Source: the human T2T-CHM13v2.0 reference genome, Homo sapiens. From it: a DNA stretch of 64,000 bases. A model generated the notes under the pieces. That model worked only from the letters and a program-made list of their open reading frames with translations, did no database searches and was not told where the DNA came from. A program made the translations under genes and the position numbers. Location: NCBI RefSeq assembly GCF_009914755.1, contig NC_060929.1. One strand, 5' to 3'. Positions 1 through 12,680 of this stretch are shown piece after piece; the first letter of the stretch is position 1; every line of letters starts with the position of its first letter.

Positions 1-1161
1 GTTTAACTCAATCTCTTTTCTTACAGCCTAAATTTGACCTTCCTGTAAGTTCTAACCTACCACATTTCTTTAAATCTTTTTTCTTCTTTTTCACACAGAA
101 GTCCTGGGGCTCTGTCATGGGATTACTACCATCTTCCTCTCGTATTGGACTTTGAAATTCTCAGTTATTTTTTATTCTTTCCTCCCTCTCAAGTCTTACA
201 TCCCTAGAGAAAGGGGTCCAGGAATATTATATTTCTCACTATCTTCCCAGTGCCTAGCTCACTGCTCCCTTGGCAAAACACAGCAGATGGAACTCAGAAA
301 TCCAGTCCTCACCGCTTCCACCTCCTTACATACTGACCTGTATTTCAGAGAGCCTCTTATTGCCATTCAGAGATCCCTCACTGCCACTCCTGTTCTGGAA
401 AGCCCATCTCCTAGGCTTAGAGGATGATCTCAATGCCTGCAAACAAGGACATTAACAGAAGGGTGTGACCTTATTGATCTCTAGGATTAGGGAATGCTCC
501 CAAACATCTTGTTCAGAAATTCTTTCAAATAAGATGCTCTCCAGTGGCATTTTCTCTGAAAGCCAGAAACTCCCTGCCCCATATGCACATATAGCATCTT
601 CTTTCCAGTGTTGTTGAAGCCCATAATAGAGGAAATTCAGCACAATAAATAGACCTCAATTGACTACGCTGATTAGGAGCACATTGGTTTTTGTTGTATT
701 CAATTCTAATTATTTATTACACAGTTACCATCCTTTGATGAGATGTTACTCTTCATCTGTGATTGCTTATAGTTGTTCGCGAGCTTCTGTCCATTGGTAA
801 TTAGAAAGTTTATTTATATCAAGTTTAATCTTCCTGTTAAAAACAGTGTTCTAATAGTCATCCATATTAAAATATTATATGGCAGTATTAAAAACTACAA
901 ATATTACTCTTGGGAATCAAATCATACACTGTAGCACATCATCTTTCTTGGCAATAGTACTGCTGTTGTACACTGATGGCCTCTAACAGAGAAGAAATCA
1001 TTCCATTGAAAGAAAAGTAACTATCAAGAACAAAGTTGGAAGTGATGCCTTAAAGCTACCGGCCCATGTCTAAATGTACTTTTGATTTTTATTTTATTGG
1101 TTAAGTAGAAATTATTTTTAATGTAATGACAGCCCATTAATAAATGTCTCCTCTGTTGAAG

Positions 1162-1310
1162 GTGGGGTTAATTCAGTATGCCAATAATCCAAGAGTTGTG
1201 TTTAACTTGAACACATATAAAACCAAAGAAGAAATGATTGTAGCAACATCCCAGACATCCCAATATGGTGGGGACCTCACAAACACATTTGGAGCAATTC
1301 AATATGCAAG
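1162..1310 (+). CDS. ITGA2: Integrin alpha-2 exon 7 (I-domain; VGLIQYANNPRVVFNLNTYKTKEEMIVATSQTSQYGGDLTNTFGAIQYAR)
   Basis: aag|GTGGGG acceptor, CAAG|gtaagt donor, 149 nt; vWA/I-domain sequence. Confidence 0.96.
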
Positions 1311-1437
1311 GTAAGTTTTGGTGCTAATAGGCCAATGTTTTCATAATGTAAAACATTATATTTATGTAATAAATATGAAAAAGTAAGGAAAAGACAAAGA
1401 AAAATAATATACCTGGTACCTAATTTAAATCAGAACT

Positions 1438-1727
1438 AATAAAGAAAAAAACATCAGAGCATTCTATGTCTTGAATACTTTAAGAAGGCAGCTGGGAAAG
1501 TTAAATCTTTGATTTTAGGATATTTATAAGATATCACATGATATTTAAATGAATTTATGTGAAGTAAATGAAATGAGAAGACCTTAGATTAAAACAGTAG
1601 GAAATGGGGCAATCTGTCATAATTTGTTAATATTCATCAGAGATTCAGACAAATTGAGCTCATGGATCACTTGGTGCAAATTAACAAAGACCACAGAATC
1701 TTAAACATACGAGTTTAAGTTTATTAT
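1438..1727 (+). repeat. Inverted duplication, arm 1 (partner at 3878-4165)
   Basis: Its reverse complement aligns to 3878-4165 with about 10 substitutions and one 2-nt indel. Confidence 0.95.
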
Positions 1728-1835
1728 GCTTATTACAATCAGTGGGAAATGTGAAATTATAACTATACAGGACTCTCTTGATTCTTATCTCAATTTCTCT
1801 ATTTTCTCAGATCCACTGACCTTTCTTTTCACTCT

Positions 1836-2168
1836 ATTTTTTATTTTATTTTTATTATACTTTAAGTTCTGGGATACATGTGCAGAACGTGCAGGTTCAT
1901 TACATAGTATACACATGCCATGGTGATTTGCTGCACCCATCAACCCATATCTACATTAGGTACTTCTCCTAATGCTATCCCTCTCCTAGTCCCCCACCCC
2001 TTGACAGGCCCCAGTGTGTGATGTTCCCCTCCCTGTGTCCTCATGGTTCAATGTGCTCTCATTGTTCAGCTCCCACTTATGAGTGAGAACATGCAGTGTT
2101 TGGTTTTCTGTTCCTATGTAAGTTTGCTGAGAATGATGGTTTCCAGCTCCATCCATGTCCCTGCAAAC
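1836..2168 (-). mobile_element. L1PA-family LINE-1 3' end
   Basis: T-rich tail then TTATACTTTAAGTTCTGGGATACATGTGCAGAACGTGCAGG...CCCACTTATGAGTGAGAACATG, typical of the L1PA 3'UTR. Confidence 0.9.
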
Positions 2169-3877
2169 CAGATACCCTCACAAAAATGCTAAACACACTC
2201 CGGTTGTTAAACAAATTAATGAGAACAACAAGCTTGCCTTCCCTTAAACCTATTCTCTCTCTTTGTCTTGTGCATTCCTTCTTTTTACCACCATAATTCT
2301 TTTTGAAAAAAGCAACTCTATTCCCTCCCTCTACTTCCTTGAAACTTACAGTTCTGCCACTAGATAAGCATGACCCTCTTCATCCCCCAACCCTGTGGTC
2401 CCACCTCAAACCTCATCCTTTCTGGCTCCTCTGAACATTTGATAATGATGAACATACGCTGCTATTCCTAACCAAGTTGCCATGACACCACAAACTTCTC
2501 GAACTCCTGCCAAATTCTTTTGCCTCTTCACTAGCTCCTTTTCCTATTTTTTCTTCACTAAACAGAGCCCTCTCTTCTTTACTGCTCTTCTCCTGTAGGG
2601 ATTCTATCCACTGTCATGGCATCAGCAGCAGCACTGTTGGGTTATCTCATTGCTATGTTGTCAGCCCTACACTCTCTCCCAAAACTCACACTGGCATCTA
2701 GCTGATGATGAATATTTTTATTTGGAGTGTTGGCTCACTTACCAAATTCAATCTGTCCCACACTGGCCTTATTCTTTTCCCTACCACTCCTCATGAACTT
2801 GCCATTTTGATTCATGCCACTGTCTCTTGCCTAGTCAGTCGAACTAAAAATTTGGTTTCCTTTATTCTTTCCACTCTTCCTTATGTCACACATCTGGTCA
2901 GTGGCCACATCCTGTCATTTCTATTTCTGCATTTCCCATTTTATCTGTCTTCTTTTTCTGTGTGTGTATTTCAGTTGCTACTTCCATCAACTGGTGACAA
3001 TCCCAAATCTCTCAAAAGCAGATTCCCCACAAGAGAAGATATGATTGGTTTGGTTCATCATTACTGTCTCTATTCAGGGACAATAAAGGTTTTTTGGGCC
3101 AGGCCATCTCATAAGCTGCTGGCCAGTCAATAGGTCAGCTGCCATTAGGTGAAGCGCCCTTTCTGGACACAGCAAACTGGACTAAAAGGACAAAGAAGTT
3201 GAGATGAAAAATGGCTTTCCTGGAGTTAGAAACTGCAACGGCCCGGTTTTCAGCAGGGAAGGTGGGAGTAGCATTTTTCCCTGGAAGGAGCCTGGGGCCC
3301 TGGCGAGCTTTGTTCTCCAGGACAATGGCCACTGTCCATTGAGGAAGGACTTGCCTGGCTTTCATCATGTTTCAAAACTTTGGTTTTCTCCCTTGGGCCA
3401 TTGTCTATCTCCCTCTTCCCACTATTTCCCAAGCTAACAGGTTTTAGTCTGCCCAGTGCTAGGAGAATCACCCAACATTTTACTCATCCCTCCTAGAATG
3501 TAATTGCCTGTCTCTCTCTCTCTGTCTGTCTCTCATCTCTTTCTTTAAAACATTGAAGATAATCTGAAATTATTTCAGTAAATGTTGCCATGTTTTCATT
3601 CACCTCATTTCATTCAATGCCTACAGTTGCAGTTTATTGTTTTAAGCACTGCGGGTAATTAAAACTAAATGAGACACAGTTTCTGTCCTCAAAAACCTTA
3701 GAATCATACATGAAATTTACAGTGTATCATAAAGAGAATGTGACACTCAGAAAGGATCTGATGTGGATAGTGTAATTCAAATTTGGCCAAAAAATGCAGA
3801 ATATTTTCTATGTTTCTATAGTCTACATTATAGAATACAAAAAAGATTTTAGGAAATAAAATGATATGCTCAGTTTT

Positions 3878-4165
3878 ATAATAAACTGAAACTCATATGT
3901 TTAAGATTCTGTGGCCTTTGTTAATTTGCACCAAGTTATCCATGAGCTCAATTTGTCTGAATCTCTGATGAATATTAACAAATTATGACAGATTGCCCCA
4001 TTTCCTACTGTTTTAATCTAAGGTCTTCTCATTTCATTTACTTCATATAAATTCATTTAAACATCATGTAATATCTTATAAACATCCTAAAATCAAAGAT
4101 TTAACTTTCCCGACTGCCTTCTTAAAGTATTCAAGACATAGAATGCTCTGATTTTTTTCTTTATT
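3878..4165 (-). repeat. Inverted duplication, arm 2 (partner at 1438-1727)
   Basis: Same alignment as arm 1; 108-bp identical core at 3938-4045. Confidence 0.95.
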
Positions 4166-4489
4166 TGATACTATCTATTAAAATTTGAATTGTGTGTATC
4201 CTGTGTCCCAATAATTTTACTGCTAAGATTTTATCCCATTTGAAAAAGTATGCCAAGATATATACACAGGGATATTTATTACAGCCTTACTTGTAAAACT
4301 CAAAATGGCCTAAGCATCCAATAATGGGGAACCGGTTAAATAAACCAGTCTTCCTTCATATGGTCCTCCAAATAAAATATTATGCAGACATTTAAAAAAA
4401 GAATGAGACCTTCATGTATATACATGTGCTGATATGGAAAGATCTCCATCAAAGTAAAAAACAACTGTTTAGAATATGCCCTCATTTGA

Positions 4490-4701
4490 TGCAAAGGCAT
4501 AAGAATGATACAGTGGACTCTGGGGACTCAGGGGGGAAATGGTGGGAAGCGGGTGAGGGATAAAAGACTACAAATTGGATTCAGTGTATTCTGCTCAGGT
4601 GATGGGTGCAAATCTCACAAACCACCACTAAAGAACTTATTTATATGACCAAATACCACCTGTTCCCCAAAAACCTATGGAAATAAAACATTTTTTAAAA
4701 A
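4490..4701 (+). mobile_element. L1MA/L1PB-type 3' fragment with a 19-bp target-site duplication, nested in an older L1M fragment (~4250-4920)
   Basis: GCAAAGGCATAAGAATGATACAGTGGAC...AAAACCTATGGAAATAAAA; AGAATATGCCCTCATTTGA at both 4471-4489 and 4702-4720. Confidence 0.8.
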
Positions 4702-5288
4702 AGAATATGCCCTCATTTGAGTAAAAGTTTAAGGGGTAGACTATGCCTGTACCTATATTACATCTAAATAAAACATTTTCTAGAAGGAAATGCAAGAAAC
4801 TGATAATGGTGCTTACCTGTGGAGAGGGGTTTAGTGTCACATTTGGTTTATACCTTTCCAAATACTTTGATTTTTTTTTAACTGTGGATATCTATTACTT
4901 TTAAAAAAATAAGTATTGATAAAGTAAACACAAGACTAATGCATAAAATTTATAACAGAAATATCTTTGCTTTATTAATTCATACTGATTAATTCAACTT
5001 TCTTAGAAGAAAAGAATTCTAAGGAATACTGGGATAAATACATGCACACATATACACACATATGCCCTGACACACAAGACATTGTTTTTAATGTCAAGCA
5101 AGACTTCCATTTGTATATGTTTCTCTACAAGCTACAAATGGAACATTAAATATGTCCTCAGAGTTAATATGGAGTTACAATAGATTGTGTTTAAAGAAGC
5201 TAGTTTCATGTTTCTATTTTAAACCAGAGGTTCTCATATTAACTTCATATTTTGATAGCAAGTCTTTATTTAATTTTATCTGCCACAG

Positions 5289-5439
5289 AAAATATGCTTA
5301 TTCAGCAGCTTCTGGTGGGCGACGAAGTGCTACAAAAGTAATGGTAGTTGTAACTGACGGTGAATCACATGATGGTTCAATGTTGAAAGCTGTGATTGAT
5401 CAATGCAACCATGACAATATACTGAGGTTTGGCATAGCA
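5289..5439 (+). CDS. ITGA2: Integrin alpha-2 exon 8 (KYAYSAASGGRRSATKVMVVVTDGESHDGS...RFGIA)
   Basis: cag|AAAA, GCA|gtaagt, 151 nt; TDGESHD MIDAS-loop motif; lies within ORF 5152..5496. Confidence 0.97.
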
Positions 5440-5734
5440 GTAAGTGGCTTTTCTTTTCACTTGTCTTGCCGCTATTGGGTAAATCTTTCTTTATAGCATC
5501 ACTTCTCAAGGCTGCACTTTCCCATTGGCTGTTCATAGTTGAATATAAAAGAAAGTTCTTACTCTATCTCTGCTTCTTGATGATTTTCAATCCTGTCTAC
5601 TAAATAAAGGGTTATGGAAATGTTGCTTGATTTACTTTTCCAGAGGGAATATTGTGTTCAAAATAGACTAGAATGTACTCATAGGGAAAATGTACAGCAG
5701 TAATGACTGCACATTCTCTTCCTCTATTTTCAAG

Positions 5735-5900
5735 GTTCTTGGGTACTTAAACAGAAACGCCCTTGATACTAAAAATTTAATAAAAGAAATAAAAGCAATC
5801 GCTAGTATTCCAACAGAAAGATACTTTTTCAATGTGTCTGATGAAGCAGCTCTACTAGAAAAGGCTGGGACATTAGGAGAACAAATTTTCAGCATTGAAG
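5735..5900 (+). CDS. ITGA2: Integrin alpha-2 exon 9 (VLGYLNRNALDTKNLIKEIKAIAS...QIFSIEG)
   Basis: aag|GTT, GAAG|gtaaaa, 166 nt; end of the I-domain; within ORF 5690..5950. Confidence 0.96.
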
Positions 5901-7775
5901 GTAAAAAAAATAACCTCCTTTCAAGAATTTTCTTCAAAATGTTTAAATAATTGTTTATTATCACATATTTGCTTTACTAATGTTAACTTGTATACCATGT
6001 ATAAAAAGAGCTACTACAATCAGTAAGAGAAATGGATGAAAAACATGAATAAATAGTTTATAAATGATAAAATACAAATGACTGATAAACATAAGAAAAT
6101 ATTCCCAATTTACAAAGTATATTTCTAAATACTTTCAGTAAGTATTTAAAAACATAAATTAAACCGACAATATGTTTTGCCTAAAAGATGACACAGAATA
6201 ATAATGTTTAATCCTGGAGAGATTATCAGGAAGCAAAGAAGCTCATACACTGTTGATAGGATGATAAATTGTTATGACTTTTGGGGGACAATGTATTATT
6301 ATCTATCTATTAGAATCATAAATAGTTTTACCTTTTTACACTGTGTTATGTAAGTTCTAAAATTCTTGAATTTGTTTACAGTAAGCATATATATTTTTAA
6401 AATTAGAAAAATACAGCAAAGATTTTTAATAGTTCAGTTTTTGAGGAAGCATTTTATTTATAGGACCTAAAATAATTTACTTAGGTGGCCTTGGAAAATC
6501 TAGTTAGTGCAGAAAGATCACGTGTTCAGGAGCTCACTGTGTGGGGGACTAGCACACACTTCACAGTTGGTTAAAAGAAAAAAAAAACACACATCACCCA
6601 AATCCTAGTTCTTGATGGTTAACCCGAATAACTCTTTGCAATAAAGACCATATGTTATTGGAAACCTATGTATCAGGTACAGCCTTAGAGTCTGGGGCTA
6701 AAGGAATTGCATAAATTATTCATTCATATACTCAAATCTTGATTTGATTATCCGTTGGAATTACCCAAAAAGCATTATTGCTTCTTCAGTATCCCATGGT
6801 GCTTCAAAGTTGTTTAAATAACCATTTAAATCCAGCATACCCTGAGATAACACAAAATCACTAGGCTATCCACACTGATAATTGTATTTGTTTGTAGTGG
6901 AATGAATGAGAACAATTGCAATCTACAAGCTAGCTAGAAATGATTTTGAGCATTATTTGCTATTATGGACTTTGGGGAACATTATTCTATTTTATTAAAA
7001 AGTATCTCTACTCATCCTGTGTAAATTATTTTATCTTCTAAATAAGACTATGTTGTACAGTACAGTTTGTCTTCTTTTCTATATTAAAGTGTGAGTCCAG
7101 TAATTTAGCTTCCTTTTGTGAAGATTAGTGAAACGTAGCCATTTTGATCACACTGTATGGAAAATAAGTACCAATTGCATCTTACAGTGTTAGTGACACA
7201 GGCAAGCACATATACAGAACCAGAACAAACTTCCCAATTGGTAAAATTCCTACTCAGTCTTGAATTCTGATTCCTAATAGCTAACTCAGTTATCTCCCAG
7301 CAGTCTTCACTACAGATCAATTGCCCAGCCCTTCCAACTGCATCTGAGATATGTGTACATTATCAGTACCCATATTTCAAAGCTAAAAATTCAGTTAGTT
7401 TCTTAGCTAGTAATGATCAAGTTTTTAAAAAATTATCATCTCAGTTTTCACCTTACCTTATACCCTTTGTTGAGTGTCCTTTGGTATCAAGAACGTCATA
7501 CATATTCTGCTAAATACATTAATGTTCAATTAAGGTTAATGCCAACTTTGAACACTACCTTGGAAGTGTTGTTATTTCCATAACCTGCTAGAACACTTTC
7601 TTAGTAATTTCTTCTTCCCAGAATATGCAAGCTCTGTATTTTTGGGTGAGTATTGGAACAGTGTGTGTTTGTGTTTGTGTTTGTAGGCATGTGTGTACAT
7701 ACGTGCCTGCTTGTGTTTGAAAACTTGATTTAAAATTACTGACAGTAATACAATTTTTAAAATTGAATGTTCCAG

Positions 7776-7852
7776 GTACTGTTCAAGGAGGAGACAACTT
7801 TCAGATGGAAATGTCACAAGTGGGATTCAGTGCAGATTACTCTTCTCAAAAT
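7776..7852 (+). CDS. ITGA2: Integrin alpha-2 exon 10 (TVQGGDNFQMEMSQVGFSADYSSQN)
   Basis: cag|GTACT, AAT|gtgcgt, 77 nt; frame continuous with neighbouring exons. Confidence 0.94.
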
Positions 7853-9624
7853 GTGCGTATATCAGATAGCTTCAAGCCATGTTGTCATTTGGCATAACAC
7901 TTCCAGACACAGTAGCCTTATACATAAAATGGGAAGACAGCCATCTAGGGATCAGCCCTTCTGATTCCTAGTCACGGTCATTTAGTTTCTTTGTGCTGCT
8001 GATTTACCTCTAAAATTTGAAGGTTAATAATGTCTTCCCTTCCCTGTTTCACAGGGATCTTATATGGGGGAAAACTGATAGTATACCAGAAAGTCTTTGA
8101 GTACCCCAGGGCACAGACTGTATATTAACTTAAGGTATTATTCCTGCAGGAATTTTCTTTGAATCAATTAACTACTGGAAATGTTTGTTAAAAACACGTA
8201 CTCTTGTCATCACCGTCATGGTCGAATTCTGAATTGTCATAGTATCTTTTTCTAAGAGCAGACAGAAAAGAGTTGAAAAAATAAGGAGGTAGGAAAAACG
8301 TGAGGTGGAATTGGAATACAACACTGTCTTTTCAGCTCGGGGAACTCTATTTCTATCTCTCAGAAACATCCACCTCCTGGGCCCCTGATTCTAATTTGAG
8401 TCAGGAGGTGAGAGAGATAGTGAAAGGAGGCGAAAAAAAAAAGAAAGAGATCCTGGGAATTATTTAAGGAACAGTAGGAAATCCCAGGATTTGATCGGCA
8501 GGTCAGAGGACCAAGAACAGCTTGTTTTCTGTCTAGAATCAAAGGAACTGACTTTTTCTGGATCATCAATCCTTAGAGATGCTCATAGAAGTTATGGATC
8601 TTTCCCTCAGAAAAAATGTAAATGAATCTATGCACGGAGAATTTTGCACACAATCCCATGAGGTTTTTGTACATACGCTGAAGTCCTTTCATGCACCCCA
8701 AATCCAGAGTCCCTCAATTTACTACAGTCATTCACATAACTTCATGGTCTCTTATCCTCAAAGTAGAACACATCTTTTCCTTACTTGCTATTTTTCATGG
8801 CTTGTATTTTTTAGTCCAACATCTTATCTTTGGTACGCTCTAAGATAGAAGAACAAAAAATTAAAAATAGTGTATCTCATCCTCACCAAATCTGCCTCGT
8901 TTGATGATTTATAGCATTGAGTGTTTAGATTGGGTTTCAAGTCAATCCAGAGTAGGCATCTTCCTTTGCCCTCCCCACAGGGCTGACAAATGGTTATTTT
9001 CCTTCCAATAGATTGAATGTCACAGCTAAAGTTGCCTCTTGTAGCTGTGCTATTATCAAATAGATGGAATATAGGAATATACTGGAACATTTGAGAAGGG
9101 GTCAGGAAGAGAGAGGAAGAAAGCTGAAAGTAGAACAGGTCAGAAGAGGGCCTCCCGAGCCGTGTCTGGGATAGCAGAAGTATCTCCGTCTCTCCCGTGT
9201 CAGTACTTCTGTTTCTCAAGCATGTCTCATATCCGGCTGTGAGCTTTCCTTATAAATATGTGGAGTGAGAGACTCACTTCTGACTCCTTTGTAAAGTTCA
9301 TAAGGGTTTACCATTGGCAAATATATGCCTTTGAAAGGGAAATTTGAAGATGGCTCTGTACCTGTCCTGTACTACAGGTTATTACAAAGGTTTGTCTGTA
9401 TAACATATCATACTAAATAAAGTCCAAAATAACACAGCCAATGGGAAGGCTTGTTCTCTAGCACAAATATATTAAGACAATTCTACAATATGTCAATATA
9501 TGTTCATATATATTTCATCATTTTTAATAAATCTAAACAACTTATTTCAATGTTTTGCCTACCCTGCATTCTTATGTTTTAAAGGTGATTTGTTTCAATG
9601 ATCTTCATTTTTCAATTATTTTAG

Positions 9625-9763
9625 GATATTCTGATGCTGGGTGCAGTGGGAGCTTTTGGCTGGAGTGGGACCATTGTCCAGAAGACATCTCATGGCCATT
9701 TGATCTTTCCTAAACAAGCCTTTGACCAAATTCTGCAGGACAGAAATCACAGTTCATATTTAG
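9625..9763 (+). CDS. ITGA2: Integrin alpha-2 exon 11 (DILMLGAVGAFGWSG...SSYLG)
   Basis: tag|GAT, TAG|gtaagg, 139 nt; FG-GAP-type repeat. Confidence 0.95.
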
Positions 9764-10651
9764 GTAAGGCATGGCAATAATTGGCTCAGCAAACTTAAGT
9801 TCCCTTGCTTTAAACCAGCTCTTTGTTGAATCTCAGGGTGAGTTCAGCAAAATCCTTGAACTGTCATCTAATTATCATATTTATTACACATACATATGTT
9901 GTCTCTTTGCCAATCGGGCCTTAAGGCATAACTACTTATTGGAATACTATATTATACTCACTAGTTTCTTCTGGCTGGTCAAGTGGTTGTAATTCCTGGA
10001 ACATGATTGTGTTCCTCCAAAATGGAAATAGTTCCCAAAAGTCAATACAGTAAGTGATAGTCTTATAGTATTTTAGAGCTCTTAGTCTTCTTGTTCTTAT
10101 AATAAGCAGCCACTGATTTTGCAGACTTACTATGGGACAGTTCCTGAGCTGCTAGTCTATCTACATAAACATTTAAATCTTTCCAACAAGTCTTTCAGGG
10201 ATGTTTTGCCTTTGAGAGATAGCAAGATTAACAACTTGTCTAACGTTCAACAACCTAGTAAGCGGCAAATCCAGAATCTGAACCTCAGCCTGTTTCCAAG
10301 ACCTGTGTTCTTTCTACTGTGCAACACTACCTTTTAAATACATTTATTCATTCGTTCAAGAAATATTTTTTGAATGCCAGGTTCACAGGTGGCTGATGAG
10401 AACAGCGTGGAATCTAGAGGCAGTTTTATAGGTAGAAGTCCCACCTGCAAAGGGAAGTGCTGCAGGTCAAAGGACAGGAGCAATTCATCTTAGAAAAAGG
10501 AAGACATGTCCTCAGTGATGTATTCAGGAGCACTAGAAACTTTGCATCACATCTAACACAAAAGGATCTCTGGTCACCTTTACTCACTTCTTTTAACTTT
10601 ATTTTGCTCAGATAGTCAATGTTAATCACTCTGTTGCTCCTTCCCTTTTAG

Positions 10652-10797
10652 GTTACTCTGTGGCTGCAATTTCTACTGGAGAAAGCACTCACTTTGTTGC
10701 TGGTGCTCCTCGGGCAAATTATACCGGCCAGATAGTGCTATATAGTGTGAATGAGAATGGCAATATCACGGTTATTCAGGCTCACCGAGGTGACCAG
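10652..10797 (+). CDS. ITGA2: Integrin alpha-2 exon 12 (YSVAAISTGESTHFVAGAPRANYTGQ...RGDQ)
   Basis: tag|GTT, CAG|gtaaat, 146 nt; GAP motif. Confidence 0.95.
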
Positions 10798-12189
10798 GTA
10801 AATCTCACTGTTTAGCAGGTGAAATTAATTTTAGGGGCAACTGGGCAGGTGGGGAGTCAGGTGAACAGAAATGGAAAACAACATGGCCTGAGTGCCTACT
10901 CTGTGATTGGCTCTGTAATCTGAGTTTACTTAGTGTATTCCTTAAATCATCACAACAATACCAAGAAGACAGCCCTCCCTTTTGACAACTTACTGGGAAT
11001 TTAGCTAGCTTTCTAAGGTCACACAGCGTCCATGGATTGAGCTGTCATTAAAACTCAGTCCTTTCTGGACTCAGAGGCTGTCCTGAATGATTACATCCCC
11101 TTCATGTTTTTGACTCCCTGGATTAATAATGCATGGATATTATTTAGTTGTGATGGCAGGCATGTAACCACTGCTTTGTAGGTAAGCACACACTAGGAAC
11201 AAGGATTTGGAGAGGAAATAATGAGAAGAAGGGAGCAGCACAACATTATAAGGACTGAACTTTTACATCTGAACCTGTCAGAATGTCCTGTTGGTTTTGA
11301 AGATTCTAAAAGTAAAACAATTATCTTCTCTGCCACTTTCAGCTGATGGGTGACAGTTTGGTAGTTAGACCCTATGATGAATCCCAGATATGGCCCACTA
11401 CAGCAAAGATCTGTTGCTAGAGCAAAGGCCAGCTGATTGCTTCCTGTTTCCTTACTAAACAGTTTTGACCCAGGGGCTTGACACACATTTAAAATGAGCA
11501 TCACTAATCCCTGACAACCAACAAAAAGTGGTTTCCTTCTTTAAGCTGGAGAAACTTACAAAGATTTCTCTTCTCTGAGATTAAGTGTGATCCTGCTGTT
11601 CCTATGGATTTTCTAGGAGTAAGAAGACCCGAGTTCTTGACTTCCGTGACCACAAATTAGCTATGGTCACATACTTTTCTCTCTTTTTTAATATTTTAAA
11701 GAAGTTCTTCTTTAATTTAGAAAATAACAGTGACAGTGTTATGGAAGGAATCATTTCTTAGTCATTTCTAAATCCTCAAAAAGTGTTCACATAGGCATGC
11801 ATTGAACGTTGTTGAATGGGATGAAGGTTCAAAGTCTCAGCTTTTCTTATTTTAATTTATCTCCACCTTGTCCTCCTGTCCCAATCTATCCAGCAACTAC
11901 TTACCTGTCTCATATCATGCCATGTACACTTACATCATCATATGTGCTTTCCCACTTCCCTCTGCCTAGAAAACTCCATGTCCTTCTTACTTTGCAATTT
12001 GAATGATATTTTAACTTTCTAAGCCTTCCTGACTCTCCTGCTCTCTGATCACTCAGCCTTTGGGACTTGCCTCTATTACAATTTATTTTACTATAGAAGC
12101 TTAATTATTTATTCTCCCTGCCTCTACCCCTCCTGCCTTTTGCTATGACAAACCTCACATACCTACAAAAGGTTTGCCTTATAAGTATG

Positions 12190-12356
12190 TCTTTGACCCC
12201 CTGGCATCAGAAACACCTGGAATGCTAATTTAAATTGCTGTGTTCTGGATCACATCCTAGACATTACTTCAGAATCTCTAGAAATGGGTCTCAGGGATCT
12301 GTATTTCAAAGGCATTTTCTTGGAGATTCTTGTGCACACTAAGATTTAAGAACCAG
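12190..12356. mobile_element. MER5-type hAT-Charlie element
   Basis: CATCAGAAACACCTGG...ATCTGTATTT...CACTAAGATTTAAGAACCA pattern; boundaries approximate. Confidence 0.6.
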
Positions 12357-12536
12357 GTGTTAGATGGTGTTAGAACCTGAGGGAAGGAACTGTGCTCTCT
12401 GTCTTCATGTTCCAAGCACTTTGCAAATAGTAAACACTCAATTTTTGTGTATTGAATGAGCAAGTAAATGTTCAGTGTAATATTAGAAGTATATGAATCC
12501 TAGGAATTCTAAGTTTAACATGTTTTATTACTCCAG

Positions 12537-12680
12537 ATTGGCTCCTATTTTGGTAGTGTGCTGTGTTCAGTTGATGTGGATAAAGACACCATTACAGACG
12601 TGCTCTTGGTAGGTGCACCAATGTACATGAGTGACCTAAAGAAAGAGGAAGGAAGAGTCTACCTGTTTACTATCAAAGAG
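12537..12680 (+). CDS. ITGA2: Integrin alpha-2 exon 13 ([30 protein letters not shown]...FTIKE)
   Basis: cag|ATT, GAG|gtaaaa, 144 nt; DxDxD cation-binding motif. Confidence 0.96.

Noticed and set aside
2705-3471. ORF cluster inside the inverted-repeat spacer as a cargo gene of a mobile element
   Set aside because: No transposase-like motifs; the region looks like decayed L2/MaLR sequence, and I saw no TSD outside the arms
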